Positions 36,720-48,380 of a DNA stretch of 53,067 nucleotides are shown here, in pieces. The stretch is from NCBI RefSeq assembly GCF_004010195.1, contig NC_057736.1, forward strand, positions 811,344 through 864,410. The letters are read 5' to 3'. The notes beneath the pieces are model-generated. The model was given only the letters and a program-made list of their open reading frames with translations, searched no databases and was not told the DNA's origin. Positions within the stretch are counted from its first letter, which is position 1, and each line of letters opens with the position of its first letter. Source of the stretch: Chiloscyllium plagiosum. Taxonomy: Eukaryota. Position numbers and translations under genes: made by a program.

Positions 36720-37750
36720 CATGAAGTTCTGATTGGTTGCCAGGATTTGGGAACTGGGGCTTTTTAACTGGTCAGAGAGGCTGTCAAATTGAGATCAAAC
36801 TGAACTTTCTGTCCTGTAACTGTGTTTCACAGAAAATAGTTGATTTAACGCTCTAGTCCTGGGCGGGGTTATGTATTAAAATATTTAACGTTGCAGCTTT
36901 GAACCAATGAACAAAAGATGATTTCTCAGACTTGTAAAAACCATCGCACGTTTCCTTCTCGGCAGTAAGCTGGGTGTGTGTATAATGCCCGGGAATGTAG
37001 GAATCCACTGGCTGGAAGGTGGGAGGTGAGAGTGAGGAGACGCTCATTGAGGGTAATCTGCCGATTTCTACCTCCACCCCCACCCATCGACCGGGAAATG
37101 TCCGCTTCCCCCTCGGAACCAGCCATCGTAAAGCGAGAGGGACATGTTCCTGTAAACCGTTAACTCTATCCGCTAAAGGCTACAAACACACAGGCAGCTG
37201 CCAAATCACTTTCCTCCCATGAAGATATATTTTCATATTTCTGTCCATCTTATTTCGAAACCACAGCAAATCCAAGCCGCCAAATTAGGGCATTTTCAAA
37301 AACTCTTTGTTACGTTATATTCAAATGAGCTGTAGTGCAGAGTACATTCCCTTTCCGACCCCGAGTCTGCAAGAGGGTTTCTCCTCATTGTCTCTCTGTG
37401 TCTGTCTCCGGGCTATGGAGTTCTCAGAGCTCATTAAAACGTCGAAAGTTGACCATGTGCTGCTCTCTCGGCCGTTCCTGCCGCCTGTGAAAGGCACTTT
37501 GTGCATAACCAGCCACCATCTGCTGCTTTCCTCTAGGGCTGGCGACAAAGAGGAGCTTTGGCTGTTACTGAGGAATATAGATGCCGTCGAAAAGAGGTCA
37601 GTTAATGAGGAATGCTGTGAGTTGAATTTCAGCCGACGTGTACAGTAGTAAGAGTCACTGAAATATCACACCTAATGTCCGGGAAACTATTGAAATGTTA
37701 TTTATTTTAAAAAGAACACTCCTTCCGCCCAAAGCGTCATTGATTTACTA
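36720..37750 (+). promoter_or_regulatory. CpG-enriched promoter / first-exon region of the MTMR9-like gene
   Basis: CpG density is visibly higher than in the flanks. GC box gggcgggg at 36861-36868, and CCAAT elements at about 36732 (reverse) and 36904. Confidence 0.55.
37415..37596 (+). CDS. MTMR9-like: Myotubularin-related protein 9-like, first coding exon (PH-GRAM N-terminus)
   Basis: MEFSELIKTSKVDHVLLSRPFLPPVKGTLCITSHHLLLSSRAGDKEELWLLLRNIDAVEK(R) aligns without gaps to the MTMR9 N-terminus (MEFAELIKT...GTLCLTGHHLILSS...EELWLL..NIDAIDKR). Donor ag|gtcagt, phase 2. No exon 2 was found in the window. Confidence 0.93.
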
Positions 37751-38995
37751 ATGGTAGGGGAATCAACGCTACATTAAAACTTTTCTATCAATGTGGAACC
37801 TATCAGAAATCATACCCCGAATAGTGCTATGTTAACTGAATTTTTACCAAACAGGAAGTGCACAGTGTTATTGTGAAGATCTTTCTGTTGCTTGTTTTTT
37901 TTTGTACGATTTGTAAATGCCCCCAGGGTTTTTGTATTTTAGAAATGGTGCATGTAAGACTTTAATAAGACTGGAACATAGCCCGAAGCTAAAAAACTAT
38001 CTTCAAAGGACCAGATGTTGACACGAACCATTGGGTAAAATGTGTTTTGAACCACAACAATGACACAACCTTGAACACGCTGTCAGGTTTAAATGAAAAT
38101 GTGCATACTCCCTCCTTGTCCCCAGTGGGTCAGTTTACTGCAGGATGAGACTTTCCACGTTAGAATGTTTCTCTGATCTCCATTTAACTGCTTCACCTTC
38201 TAAACAACCCCTGCAGAAGCAGTTCATTTGTGCTCCTGAGTTTTAACATTACCCTTCAGTCGATATGAAAGAAAGACGTGCTTTACAAATGTTGGGTTGA
38301 TACCAAAGTTAAATTTTAACCAGAAATGAAACAGCTGCACGACCTTCTCGCAGGACAATAACGTGCTCTGCAGAAAAATCATACGCTTTATTTAATTTGG
38401 CTGAGGCCTGCATATGATTGTGTTATGTAAGATTTTGGGGGAAAAAGTTATATAAAGTAAAAATGAAGGGAACATCTGAAAACGTTCAAGGAACCATTAA
38501 ATAAATTATGCAAAGAACATCGTCTTAAAATTTGTTTGATTTACAGAAACCAGTATGAAGTTTATCTGATGTTTAATGTACAATTTAGTGTTTGCTGGCT
38601 ACTTGTTCTGTTGTACAAGAAATTATTTTCTACCTTGTTGTTCAGAAACTGACACAAATTTTCAGCACCCCACATTATCTCACTCAACATTAACACAGAT
38701 ATGTTTGGACAAGATTACGTTTCAATTTAAAAGCAGATCAAATTGGCAAGATTGAGCAGCACACAATTAATACACCTCCTTGGACCAGCACATTTTCAGC
38801 TCAGTGTAAATTACTGCTTTGAAACAGAACATCATTTAAACGTAACATACTTAGGAAGAAGTAACAGTTCCAGTAAAAGGCCTGTCTGTGTTGGTCATTG
38901 TATATCTGACCAAAGTGATACTTTTCTCAGGAAATAAACTATTGGTGCCAGGCGAGGTTCTAAATGTTTAATTACAGCAACTCTCTCTGGGTAGT

Positions 38996-40695
38996 TGTAG
39001 AATATTTAACAATAATTCAGGTGGCAGTTTAGGAATTTTAGGAATTAATTGTGCAAGGATTATAATGGTTCCATTTTTGGAAATATAAACTGAGAACATT
39101 GAATTTTGGACACTGACAGTGAAACAACCTTTTTTTAACAACTCGGACAAAAGTGGAACTGTATGGTGTTCACTTATTGACTACACTCAGTCAATTACAT
39201 GTTTGGACAAGCTGGATTTGATATTTTCATGTGACAAACAGGTGCAAGGTGCCTTTGCATTAAAAAAGCTGCCTAGCATCAAGTGATTATAGATAACTTG
39301 AATTTGACACAGAACTGAGTTTGGGCAGTTACACACAGACCTCCTGAAACTTGCCAAGTAAAGACAGATCTTGCTTTCACTGTTGCTCCCTTTGGGAGTG
39401 GAAGAAACCAACATTCTACAACACTGCAAAGAACCTCTAACTCAAATTACTCAGGTCCAGTTGATCAGCTAGCAAATTAAGAACCTCTGCAATCAATAAC
39501 AAAGTGATGTTATTGCCAGAAAACTGAAAGAACTGTGGAAAAATTAAGTTCATTTTACCTTTGTGATTTGGAATCTTGGTCCACTGAATTTACCTCCTTT
39601 TGACCATGTTTTCCATCTGTGATGTTTCTGCAGAACTACCTGTCATGTTTGTTCTATTTGTGAATGAATGTGCGTGCGTTTGGGTTTAAAAGGGATATCG
39701 TTTAAATTTACCTAGCAGTAATTAGTAATCCATTTTGTCACTTGTTAAAGGATAAGCTTGTTTTTAATAAATAAATTTTGTTTTCTTGTTTCTGAATGAA
39801 ATCTTAGCAGGACTTATACACTTAATGGTAAGGTCCGAGGGGGTGTTGCTGAACAAAGAGACCTTGGGGTGCAGGTTCATAGCTCCTTCAAAGTAGAGTT
39901 GCAGGTAGATAGGATATTGAAGAAGGTGTTTGGTATGCTTTCCTTTATTGGTCAGAGCATTGAGTACAGGAGTTGAGAGGTCATGTTGCAGCTGTACAGG
40001 ACGGTGGTTAGGCCCCTTTTGCAATATTGTGTGCAATTCTGGTCACCTTCCTATTGGAAAGATGTTGTGAAATGTGAAAGAGTTCAGAAAGGATTTACAA
40101 GGATGTTGCCAGGTTTGGAGGATTTGAGCTATGGGGAGAGGTTGAATAGGCTGGAATTGTTTTCCCTGGAGTGTCGGAGGCTGAGAGGTGACCTTATAGA
40201 GGTTTACAAAATCATGAGGGGCATGGATAGGATAAATAGACAAAGTCTTTTTCCCTGGGGTGGGGGAGTCCAGAACTAGAAGACATAAGCTTAAGGTGAG
40301 AGGGGTAAGATATAAAAGGGACCTAAGGGGCAACATTTTCACGCAGAGGGTGATGCATGTATGGAATGAGCTGCCAGAGGAAGTGGTGGAGGCTGGTACA
40401 ATTGCATTATGTAAAAGGCATCTGGATGGGTATGTGAATAGGAAGGGTTTGGAGGGATATGGGCCGGGTGCTGGCAGGTGGGACTAGATTGGGTTGGGAT
40501 ATCTGGGTGGCATGGACGAGTTGGACCGAAGGGTCTGTTTCCATGCTGTACATCTCTATGACTCTATTTTAGCTGTGGTCAAAGTCAGGCAAATTAATCA
40601 TTTCTGTGTTTCCTTTGGTTATTTATCCATTTGTCATGGCTTGTAGAATACTGGAATTTGATTACCAGTGCACGCTTTCCATTAGAGTTGTGACA
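38996..40695 (+). mobile_element. Possible LTR-like element split by the CR1 at 39792
   Basis: AATAAA at about 39766 precedes the CR1, and the sequence after it ends ...agagttgtgaca. The 5' boundary and TSD are not resolved. Confidence 0.3.
39792..40567 (+). mobile_element. CR1 LINE 3' end, well preserved
   Basis: LYRTVVRPLLQYCVQFWSP, RRLRGDLIEVYKIM and FTQRV..WN.LP, with tail ctctatgactcta. Confidence 0.92.
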
Positions 40696-40889
40696 GTTGA
40701 TGCTTTTCTCTTTCAGGAGTTCTCAACATTTTGCTTTCAAAGCCTTCCCATGTCAAATTGTATAAATCAAGTTATTCCTTGTAAGACATTGCAAATATAT
40801 TTTCACTATCAAAAAGTGTAATGTGATCAAACCCATTTATTATTTTTTATTTACTTAATGTGAAACGTGTCAGTGTGTAGATATTGATT

Positions 40890-41857
40890 TAATTAAAATA
40901 AGGAAGGATCTGGTCAAAGTGGACTGGAGTAGAGAGTAAATCCACATTAGAGCAATGGGTGGTGTTCAAAAAGGAATTGGGGAGAGTACAGGTCCAACAG
41001 GAAGTGGAGGAACACTAAGCCCAGAGAACCCTGGATGTTGAGGAATATTTAGGACTGGATAAAAAGGAAAAGGGAGGCATATATCAATTACAAAGGGAGC
41101 AAGTCAATGAAGGCCCTAGAGGAGTATAGAAAGGGCAGGAGAACATAAGAAAGTAATGAAATAGCAAAGAGCAGCTTGAGAAAACACTGGTGGTTAAGAT
41201 TAGGGAGAATCCCAAAATATCCTATAAACATACCAAGGGGAAGAGAATAACCAGGGAGAGAGTAGGACCCATTAGGGATGAAGGGGAAAGCTGTGTGCGG
41301 ATATTGGTAGAGTGTTAAGCAAGTACTTTGCATCTGTCTTTACTCAGGAAGATGGGCTGTGAGGTTCTTGAGCAGACTGATAGAGAGTAGGTTTTGGTGG
41401 AAGCTTTGACAGGTTTATAAATGGAAAAGTCCCCAGTCTGGATGAGTTGTGTCCCAGGCTGCTGTTGGAGTCAAGGGAGGAAACTACAGGTGTCAAGACC
41501 CAAGTTGTTCGTTCCTCTCTGGCCACAGTGGAGATGCCAGAGGACTGGAGGACAGCTAATGTGGTTTCACATTTCAAGAAGGGCATGAAAGATAAACAAG
41601 GGAATTACTGACCAATGAGTCCCTTATCAGTGGTAAAAACCTACGGGAGAAAATTCTGAAGGAGCAAATTAATATCCTTTTTTTCTTATTCACTTGTGGG
41701 ATGTAGACATTGCTGACTGGCCTGTCCCTAAGAGAGGGAAGGTTTGATCAAGGATAATCAGCATGGGTTTGGCAGAGGGAGGATATGCCAAAAAAAAGCA
41801 GATTTAATTTTTGAGGAAGTAACCAAGTGTTTCGATGAGGGTAATGTAGTGGATGTA
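40890..41857 (+). mobile_element. CR1 LINE ORF2 fragment, degenerate
   Basis: ENPK.F..Y, KSP.LD..CPRLL, EDWRTANV, FKKG...GNY and NQHGF segments. Confidence 0.8.
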
Positions 41858-42335
41858 CATAGAAGAATACAGCGCAGTACAGGCCCTTTGGCCCTCGATG
41901 TTGCGCCGATCCAAGCCCACCTAACCTATACTAACCCACTATCCTCCATATACCTATCCAATGCCCGCTTAAATGCCCATAAAGAGGGAGAGTCCACCAC
42001 TGCTACTGGCAGGGCATTCCATGAACTTACGACTCGCTGAGTGAAGAACCTACCCCTAACTTCAGTCCTATATCTACCCCCCCTTAATTTAAAGCTATGC
42101 CCCCTTGTAATACCCGACTCCATACGCGGGAAAAGGTTCAACTGTCAACCCTATCTAACCCCCTAATCATCTTGTACACCTCAATCAAGTCACCCCTAAA
42201 CCTTCTTTTCTCTAATGAAAACAGCCCCAAGTGTCTCAGTCTTTCCGCATACGATCTTCCTTCCATACCAGGCAACATCCTGGTAAACCTCCTCTGCACC
42301 CGTTCCAGTGCCTCCACATCCTTCCTATAGTATGG
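41858..42335 (-). mobile_element. CR1 LINE 3' end, young
   Basis: YRKDVEALERVQRRFTRMLPG...RGDLIEVYKMIRG, FFTQRVV..WNALP and an intact 3' UTR. Confidence 0.92.
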
Positions 42336-42503
42336 ACAGCTGGAACTGACAACCGGAAGCGGCAGGTACAAATCTCTATAAATGCCGGAGGAAAGATCAC
42401 AGAAGCGCTTCACAGGAGGCTCCCAAGCACTGAGGATGTCACCTAGACAGGGGATGAAACGTTTGCAACGCAAATTCCCAGCTCGGCGAACAGAACCACT
42501 ACA
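42336..42503 (+). mobile_element. Penelope-like pseudo-LTR fragment containing a hammerhead motif
   Basis: TATAAA at about 42377, followed by gca-CTGAGGA-T-GTCACCT-agac-AGGGGAT-GAAA-CGTT-tgc at 42427-42466. Confidence 0.65.
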
Positions 42504-42557
42504 GTGCAAAGTGTTGTTTTGTATGTTATACCATACCATACATACTGCATTAAGATA

Positions 42558-44572
42558 GCAGAACATAGAACATCACAGCGCAGTACAGACCTTTCGGCCC
42601 TTGATGTTACGCCTACCTGTGGAACCAATCTGAAGCCCATCTATCCTACACTATTCCATTTTCATCCACAAGTTTATCCAATTACCATTTAAATGCCCTT
42701 AAAGTTGACAAGTCTACTACTGTTGTAGTCAGGCCGTTCCATGTCCCTACTACTCTCTGAGTAAAGAAACTACCTCTGAATCTGTCCTATATCTATCACC
42801 CCTCAATTTAAAGCTATGTCCCCTCATGCTAGCCATCACCATCCGAGGAAAAAGGCTCTCACTGTCCACCCTATCTAATCCTCTGATTATTTTATATGTC
42901 TCAATTAAACCACCTCTCAACCTTTTCTCTCTAGCCTTAAGTCCCTCAGCCTTTCCTTGTAAGGCCTTCCCTCCATACCATCCTTCCTATAATGCGGTGA
43001 CCAGAAAAATACGCAATACTCCAAGTGCGGCTGTACCAGAGTTTTGTACAGCTGCAGCAAGACCTCATGGCTCACCTTAGTGTAATCTGCAAATTTACTA
43101 ATCCATCATTCTGCGCCCTCATCTAGGTCCTTTATAAAAATAACAAACAGTAGTGGCCCCAAATCAGATCCTTGCGGTATACCACTAGTAACTGAACTCT
43201 AGGATGAACATTTCCCATCAACCACCACCCGCTGTCTTCTTTCAATTAGCCAATTTCTGATCCAAACCGCTAAATCACCCTCAATCCCATGCCTCAATAT
43301 TTTGTACAATAGCCTACCATGGGGAACCTTATCATCCCCCTTACTGAAATCCATATACACCACATCAACCAATTTACCCTCATCCACCTGTTTTGTCATC
43401 ATCTCAAAGAACTCAATAAGGTTTGTGAGGCACGACCTACCCTTCACAAAACTGTGTTGACTATCCCTAATCAACTTATTCCTATCCCAATGGTTATAAA
43501 TCCTATCTCTTATAACCTTTTCCAACACTTTACTCACAATCAAAGTAAGGCTCGCTGGTCTATAATTACCAGGGTTAGCTCTACTCCCCTTCTTGAACAA
43601 GGGGACAACATTTGCTATCCTCCAGTCTCTTGACACTATTCCTGTAGACAATGACCACATAAAGATCAAAGCCAAAGGCTCTGCAATCTTCTCCCTAGTT
43701 TCCCAGAGAATCCTAGGATAAATCCCATCTGGCCCAGGGGGCTTACCTATTTTCATACTTTCCAGAATTGCTAACACCTCCTCCCTGTGAACCTCAATCC
43801 CGTCTCATTTAGTAGCCTGTCTCTCAGTACTCTCTTCAACAATAATGTTTTTTTCCAGTGTGAATTCTGATGAAAAATATTCATTCAGTGCTCCCCCTAC
43901 TCCTCAGATTCCACACACAACTTCCCATTGATTGGCCCTAGTCTTTCTCTAGTCATTCTTTTATTCCCGATGGACCTATAGAAAGCTTTACGGTTTTCCT
44001 TGATCCCATCCGCTAACATTTCTCAAGTCCCCTCCTGGCTCTGCTTAGGTCTCTCTTTAGGTCTTTCCTGGCTAACATGTAACTCTCAAGTAACTGAGCC
44101 TTCACATCTCATCCTAATATAAGACTTCCTCTTCCTCTTGACAAGAGATTCACCTTCTTTAGTAAACCACAGCTTCCTCGCTCGACCACTTCCTCCTTGC
44201 CTGACAGGTACATACTTATCATGGATGTGTAGTAACTGTTCCTTAAATAAGCTCCACATTTCAATTGTGCCCATCCCTGCAGTTTCCTCCCCCATCCTAT
44301 GCATCTTGAATCTTGCCTAATAGTATCACAATTGCCTTTCCCCCAGCAATAACTCTTGCTCTGTGTTATATACCTATTCCTTTCCATCACTAAATTAAAC
44401 GTAACCAAATTGTGGTCACTATCACCAAAGTGCTCACCTACCTCCAAATCTAACACATAGTTGGGTTCATTACCCAGTACCAAATCCAATGTGGCATTGC
44501 CCTTGTTGGCCTGTCTACATACTGTGTCAGGAAACCCTCCTGCACACATTGGACAAAAACTGACCCATCTAA
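42558..44572 (-). mobile_element. CR1 LINE, about 2 kb, internally deleted ORF2 (endonuclease end and RT) with 3' UTR
   Basis: LDLVLGNEP...HFGDSDHN (APE endonuclease C-terminus), PGPDGIYPRIL, LFKKG....NYRP, GRSCLTNLIEF and VYMDFSK..DKVPH. Confidence 0.95.
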
Positions 44573-44799
44573 ACAGAGTGCAGAATACAGTGTTAGAGCC
44601 ACAGAGAAGGCGCAGAAAGAGAGATCAAAAATAATATTTGAAAGATCCATGCAAAGGTCTGATAACAGCAAGAAAGAAGCAGTTCTCGAACCTGTTCATA
44701 TGCGTGCTGCCAGACCCGCTGAATTTCTCCAGTTATTTGTTCTTGTCTCTGATTTCCAGCAACTGCAGGTTTTTGTTTTATTTCACTGGGTTGAAAGTA

Positions 44800-45100
44800 G
44801 CTGTTCCCTTGGTTGAAAAGCCAGTAAACAAGGGACACACTTCTAAGGTGAAGGACAGGAGGTTTAGAGGGGATTTGAGGAAAAGTATTTTCACCCAGAG
44901 GCTGGTGGCAATCTAGAATGCACCAGCTGGGAGGGGAGTTGAGGTGGGAAACCTTGCAGCCTTTAAAGAGTACTTGGATGAGCACCTGAAATGCCATAAC
45001 ATTCAAGGCTGTGGGCCTAGTGTGGGAAAGTGGAACTAGTGTAGATTTAATGTAGTTTGGGCAGTACAGATTCAATGGATCAAAGGGTCTCTTCTATATT
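44800..45100 (+). mobile_element. CR1 LINE 3' end
   Basis: GHTSKVK.RRFRGDLRK..FTQR and a CR1-like 3' UTR. Confidence 0.8.
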
Positions 45101-45339
45101 GAATTATTTAAAGATTTACCATTAATGGGACTGTGTCTGCAATCCTTACACCAACACCCACAGCTATGTTGTACATGATATGATCTGCATCCCAGCTACC
45201 TGTCTCCTACTCACTCATGGTGGTTGTCTTGATAGACAACTCAGGGCCAGTGAAATTCATGTGTCTCTCGTGGGAACTGGCTAGAAGTTGACAGTATTTT
45301 CAATTTATTTCTTTATGAAGTATAGGCTCCCAAATGAGA

Positions 45340-45995
45340 GTGAGCTGCCTTCATGAAAATGCATGTGCTGTGGCTCGACCCACAATGCCTTTGGGGAGGG
45401 AATTCCAGAATTTTGACGTAGCAACTGTGAAGGAACAGGGATATATTTCCAAGTCAGGATGATGAGTGGCTTGGAGGGGAACTTGCAGGTGACGGTGTTC
45501 CCTCGTACCTGCTGCCCTTCTCCTTCTAGATGGTTGAGGGTGCAGGTTTGGAAGATGGTGTTGAAGGAGCCTTGCTGAATAGCTATAACATATCTTGTAG
45601 ATGGTGCACATTGTTCTTCAGGGTGCCCATGGTGAAGGGAGTGAATATTGAAGTAATGGAAAGGGTGCAAATCAAGTGGCATTTTCTCCTTAATGGTATC
45701 AAGCATCTTGAGTGTTGCGGGAATTGCACCCATTCCAGGAAAATAGGAAGTGTTTCATCATCATATAGCAATGCTTGTAGATGGTGGAATGGTGAGATAT
45801 GTTACGCACTTCAGAATTCATAATTTCTCACCTGCTCTTGTAGCTACTGTATTTATGTAGCTGGAGCAAGTTGAGTTTCTGGTCAATGATAAACCTATGA
45901 TGCTGATATTGGGGGATGCAGTGAGGATGATGTGATAATATGACTGATTCAGGTTGTGATGCTTAGATTCCTATTTGTTGGAGATGGTCATTGCT
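45340..45995 (-). mobile_element. CR1/L2-clade LINE 3' ORF2 fragment
   Basis: CTIYK.....RLLQHHLPN...RRRAAG..EH.HLQVPLQ, homologous to 16520-17010. Confidence 0.75.
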
Positions 45996-46877
45996 CAAAT
46001 CTATTGGATTTAATCTCCCATGTATGTTATGTTATGTTTTAAAGTGCATATCTGTTCACTGTTGGTTTAATCAGCATTTCACATCTTGCAGCGACATCGT
46101 TAACATCAAAAGTCACTGAAAACAAACATGATCTGTATTTAGAGATTTAGTGAGACCAGTTGATCAGGAATTGTATTGTCTGGAATCAGATCTGTATGGA
46201 ACTCAAACAGAATCCCAGGCACTTCAGGGTCAATCCTTTAGAGTGGAAATTGAAAAATGTTTCAAACAGATTGAGCTTAAAAGTTTTTTTTATAGTTATA
46301 AAATTATTTAATATTTAATGTAATTCGTGGTTTGTTATGGCTTTGTTTAGTATGAGGTGTACGCATCATCCACTCAATATTTCATTGTGATAGTGTCAAT
46401 ACAGAAAGTATGAGTCTAGTTTCTGTAATCTTAGAATCAGTCCAAACTTCTGACAAAGGATTAAATTCAAGTGGGACCTGACAAGGTTGTACCTTATTGG
46501 CTGCCTCTCTCCAAATTCCACTCAGCTGTCATTTTCTCAGGGAATGTAAGCGTCACAGACACAAGCATAGTCAGCAACAAGCAATTGAACTACTCTCTGT
46601 CACATCAGATGTTGAACAAATAAGTAATTCTTCTTGATTCAAAATGACTGACCTTGTATCCTCCACGTTCCATAAGCTCCATCTGAAATCCTGCCTCTCA
46701 TTTCCCAAACATTATGACATAGCAGTCACCCCGGTACTTACCAATGTTATCAAATGAAAACTTTCATCTGCATGTTTCATACCCTCACCATTGCCTACCT
46801 TTGTAATTTTCTTGAGATTTACAACTCCTCACAAATCTGTATCCACTGTCTTTGCCTTTCGTGGTAGAGAAGCCAGA

Positions 46878-47029
46878 TGTCTGGATGGGTATATGAATAG
46901 GAAGGGTTTGGAGGAATATGGGCTGGTTGCTGGCAAGTGGGACTAGATTGGGTTGGGATATCTCGTCGCCATGGATGAGTTGGACCGAAGGGTCTGTTTA
47001 TGTGCTGTACGTCTCTTTGACTCTATGAC
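46878..47029 (+). mobile_element. CR1 3' UTR-only insertion
   Basis: Near-identical to 40420-40566. Confidence 0.85.
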
Positions 47030-48057
47030 ATGCTCCTCATTACAGCGACTGTAATAGCAGTTAGTTGGCTAGCTTCCTGAGGCCTGTCCAGTGTGAAGCA
47101 GGTTAAGATTTAAACAATATTTGAAACAAAACAAAATCAAATTTCTCATGCCTTTCCAGTCCAAGCAGATGTCCCCAAACAGGAAGAACTCTCAATATAA
47201 TGTTCCATTCAAGTTGGATTTACTGCCAACTGATCAGAAAGAACTGGTGGTGCCACAGCAATGAACAGGAAGGAGATAGGTGAAATGTTTTCCCCAAGGC
47301 TAGGTCAGCCATTGATTGGGAGATGTTCGCGGTATATGGAAAAGATGAGTCGTAATAAAACAAAATGGTCACCTTAAAACAATTCTGTGGTTCCTTTGAA
47401 AAGCCACATAACATCTGTTGTGTGGGCTCTGTTGTTCTGAAACCACTTGCTGGGTTGTTGTCCTCTGACAGTATGACATTCATCATATCTGCACTTTCAA
47501 TTTTGCAGCTGAAAATGCGATACCAGGAACGAGTTATAATAAAAAGATGTTAACAGCTAAAAGTGTACATAAGGAGAGAGCTTAAACAGCAACATGTATT
47601 TGAGAAGAACAATCAGAATTAATCACAATGTGAGCCATTTCGACAAATGTGATCTTTTTTAAGAAAATGGTGCCACAAAGGGGCATAATAAACTAGGAAA
47701 TTGGAACAGGAGGAAACAGTTCATAGAGCACAGAATAGTACAAACAGTACAGGCCCTTCAGCCCTTGATGTTGTTCAGTTCCTAACCCTAACCCAGCTGT
47801 TCAACCAGATCACAGCTGACATGCCCACTAACTACACCTTCCTGCACTCTTCCCAATGTCCTTAATACATTTAACCCAGGAATCTATTGACCTCAGTCTT
47901 GAATATACTCAATGACTAAGCATCTATATCTCCTCAAAGTGGAGAAATTCAATGATCAACAATTCTCTAAATGGAGATACCTAATGGTAGGGACCCTCTA
48001 TTTCCTTCGGCTGATTTGCTCATTTTATGAAAAATGTCACAATCCACCTGACCTTTC

Positions 48058-48380
48058 TTTTAATCCCTTCATGGCATGTAAGGGTTACTAGCTAGGCCAG
48101 TATTTATTACCCATTCCTAAGAATCAACCACCTTGCTGTGGGTCTGGAGTCACATATAGGCCAGATCAGGTAAGGATGGAAGTTTCCTTCCCTGAGAGAC
48201 ATTAGTGAACCAGATGGGTTTTTAGCATAATCCACAATGGTTTTATGGTCTTCATTAAGCTATTAATTCCAGGTTTTAATGACATTCAAATTCCACCAAC
48301 TGCTGGGCTGGGATTTGAACCCCAGTCCCCAGAATATTACCTGGGTCTCTGGATTAATTGTATGGCAATAATACCCCACT
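48058..48380 (-). mobile_element. tRNA-derived SINE
   Basis: Minus-strand B box gggttcaaatccc. Body and tail are shared with 4700-4945. Confidence 0.7.

Noticed and set aside
37307-37414. N-terminal extension of the MTMR9-like ORF
   Set aside because: The track start is TTG. An in-frame ATG at 37325 exists, but homology begins exactly at MEFSELIK (37415).
43199-44549. RT and endonuclease ORFs as an active or domesticated gene
   Set aside because: They are fragmented by frameshifts and internal deletions, as expected of an ordinary dead CR1 copy.
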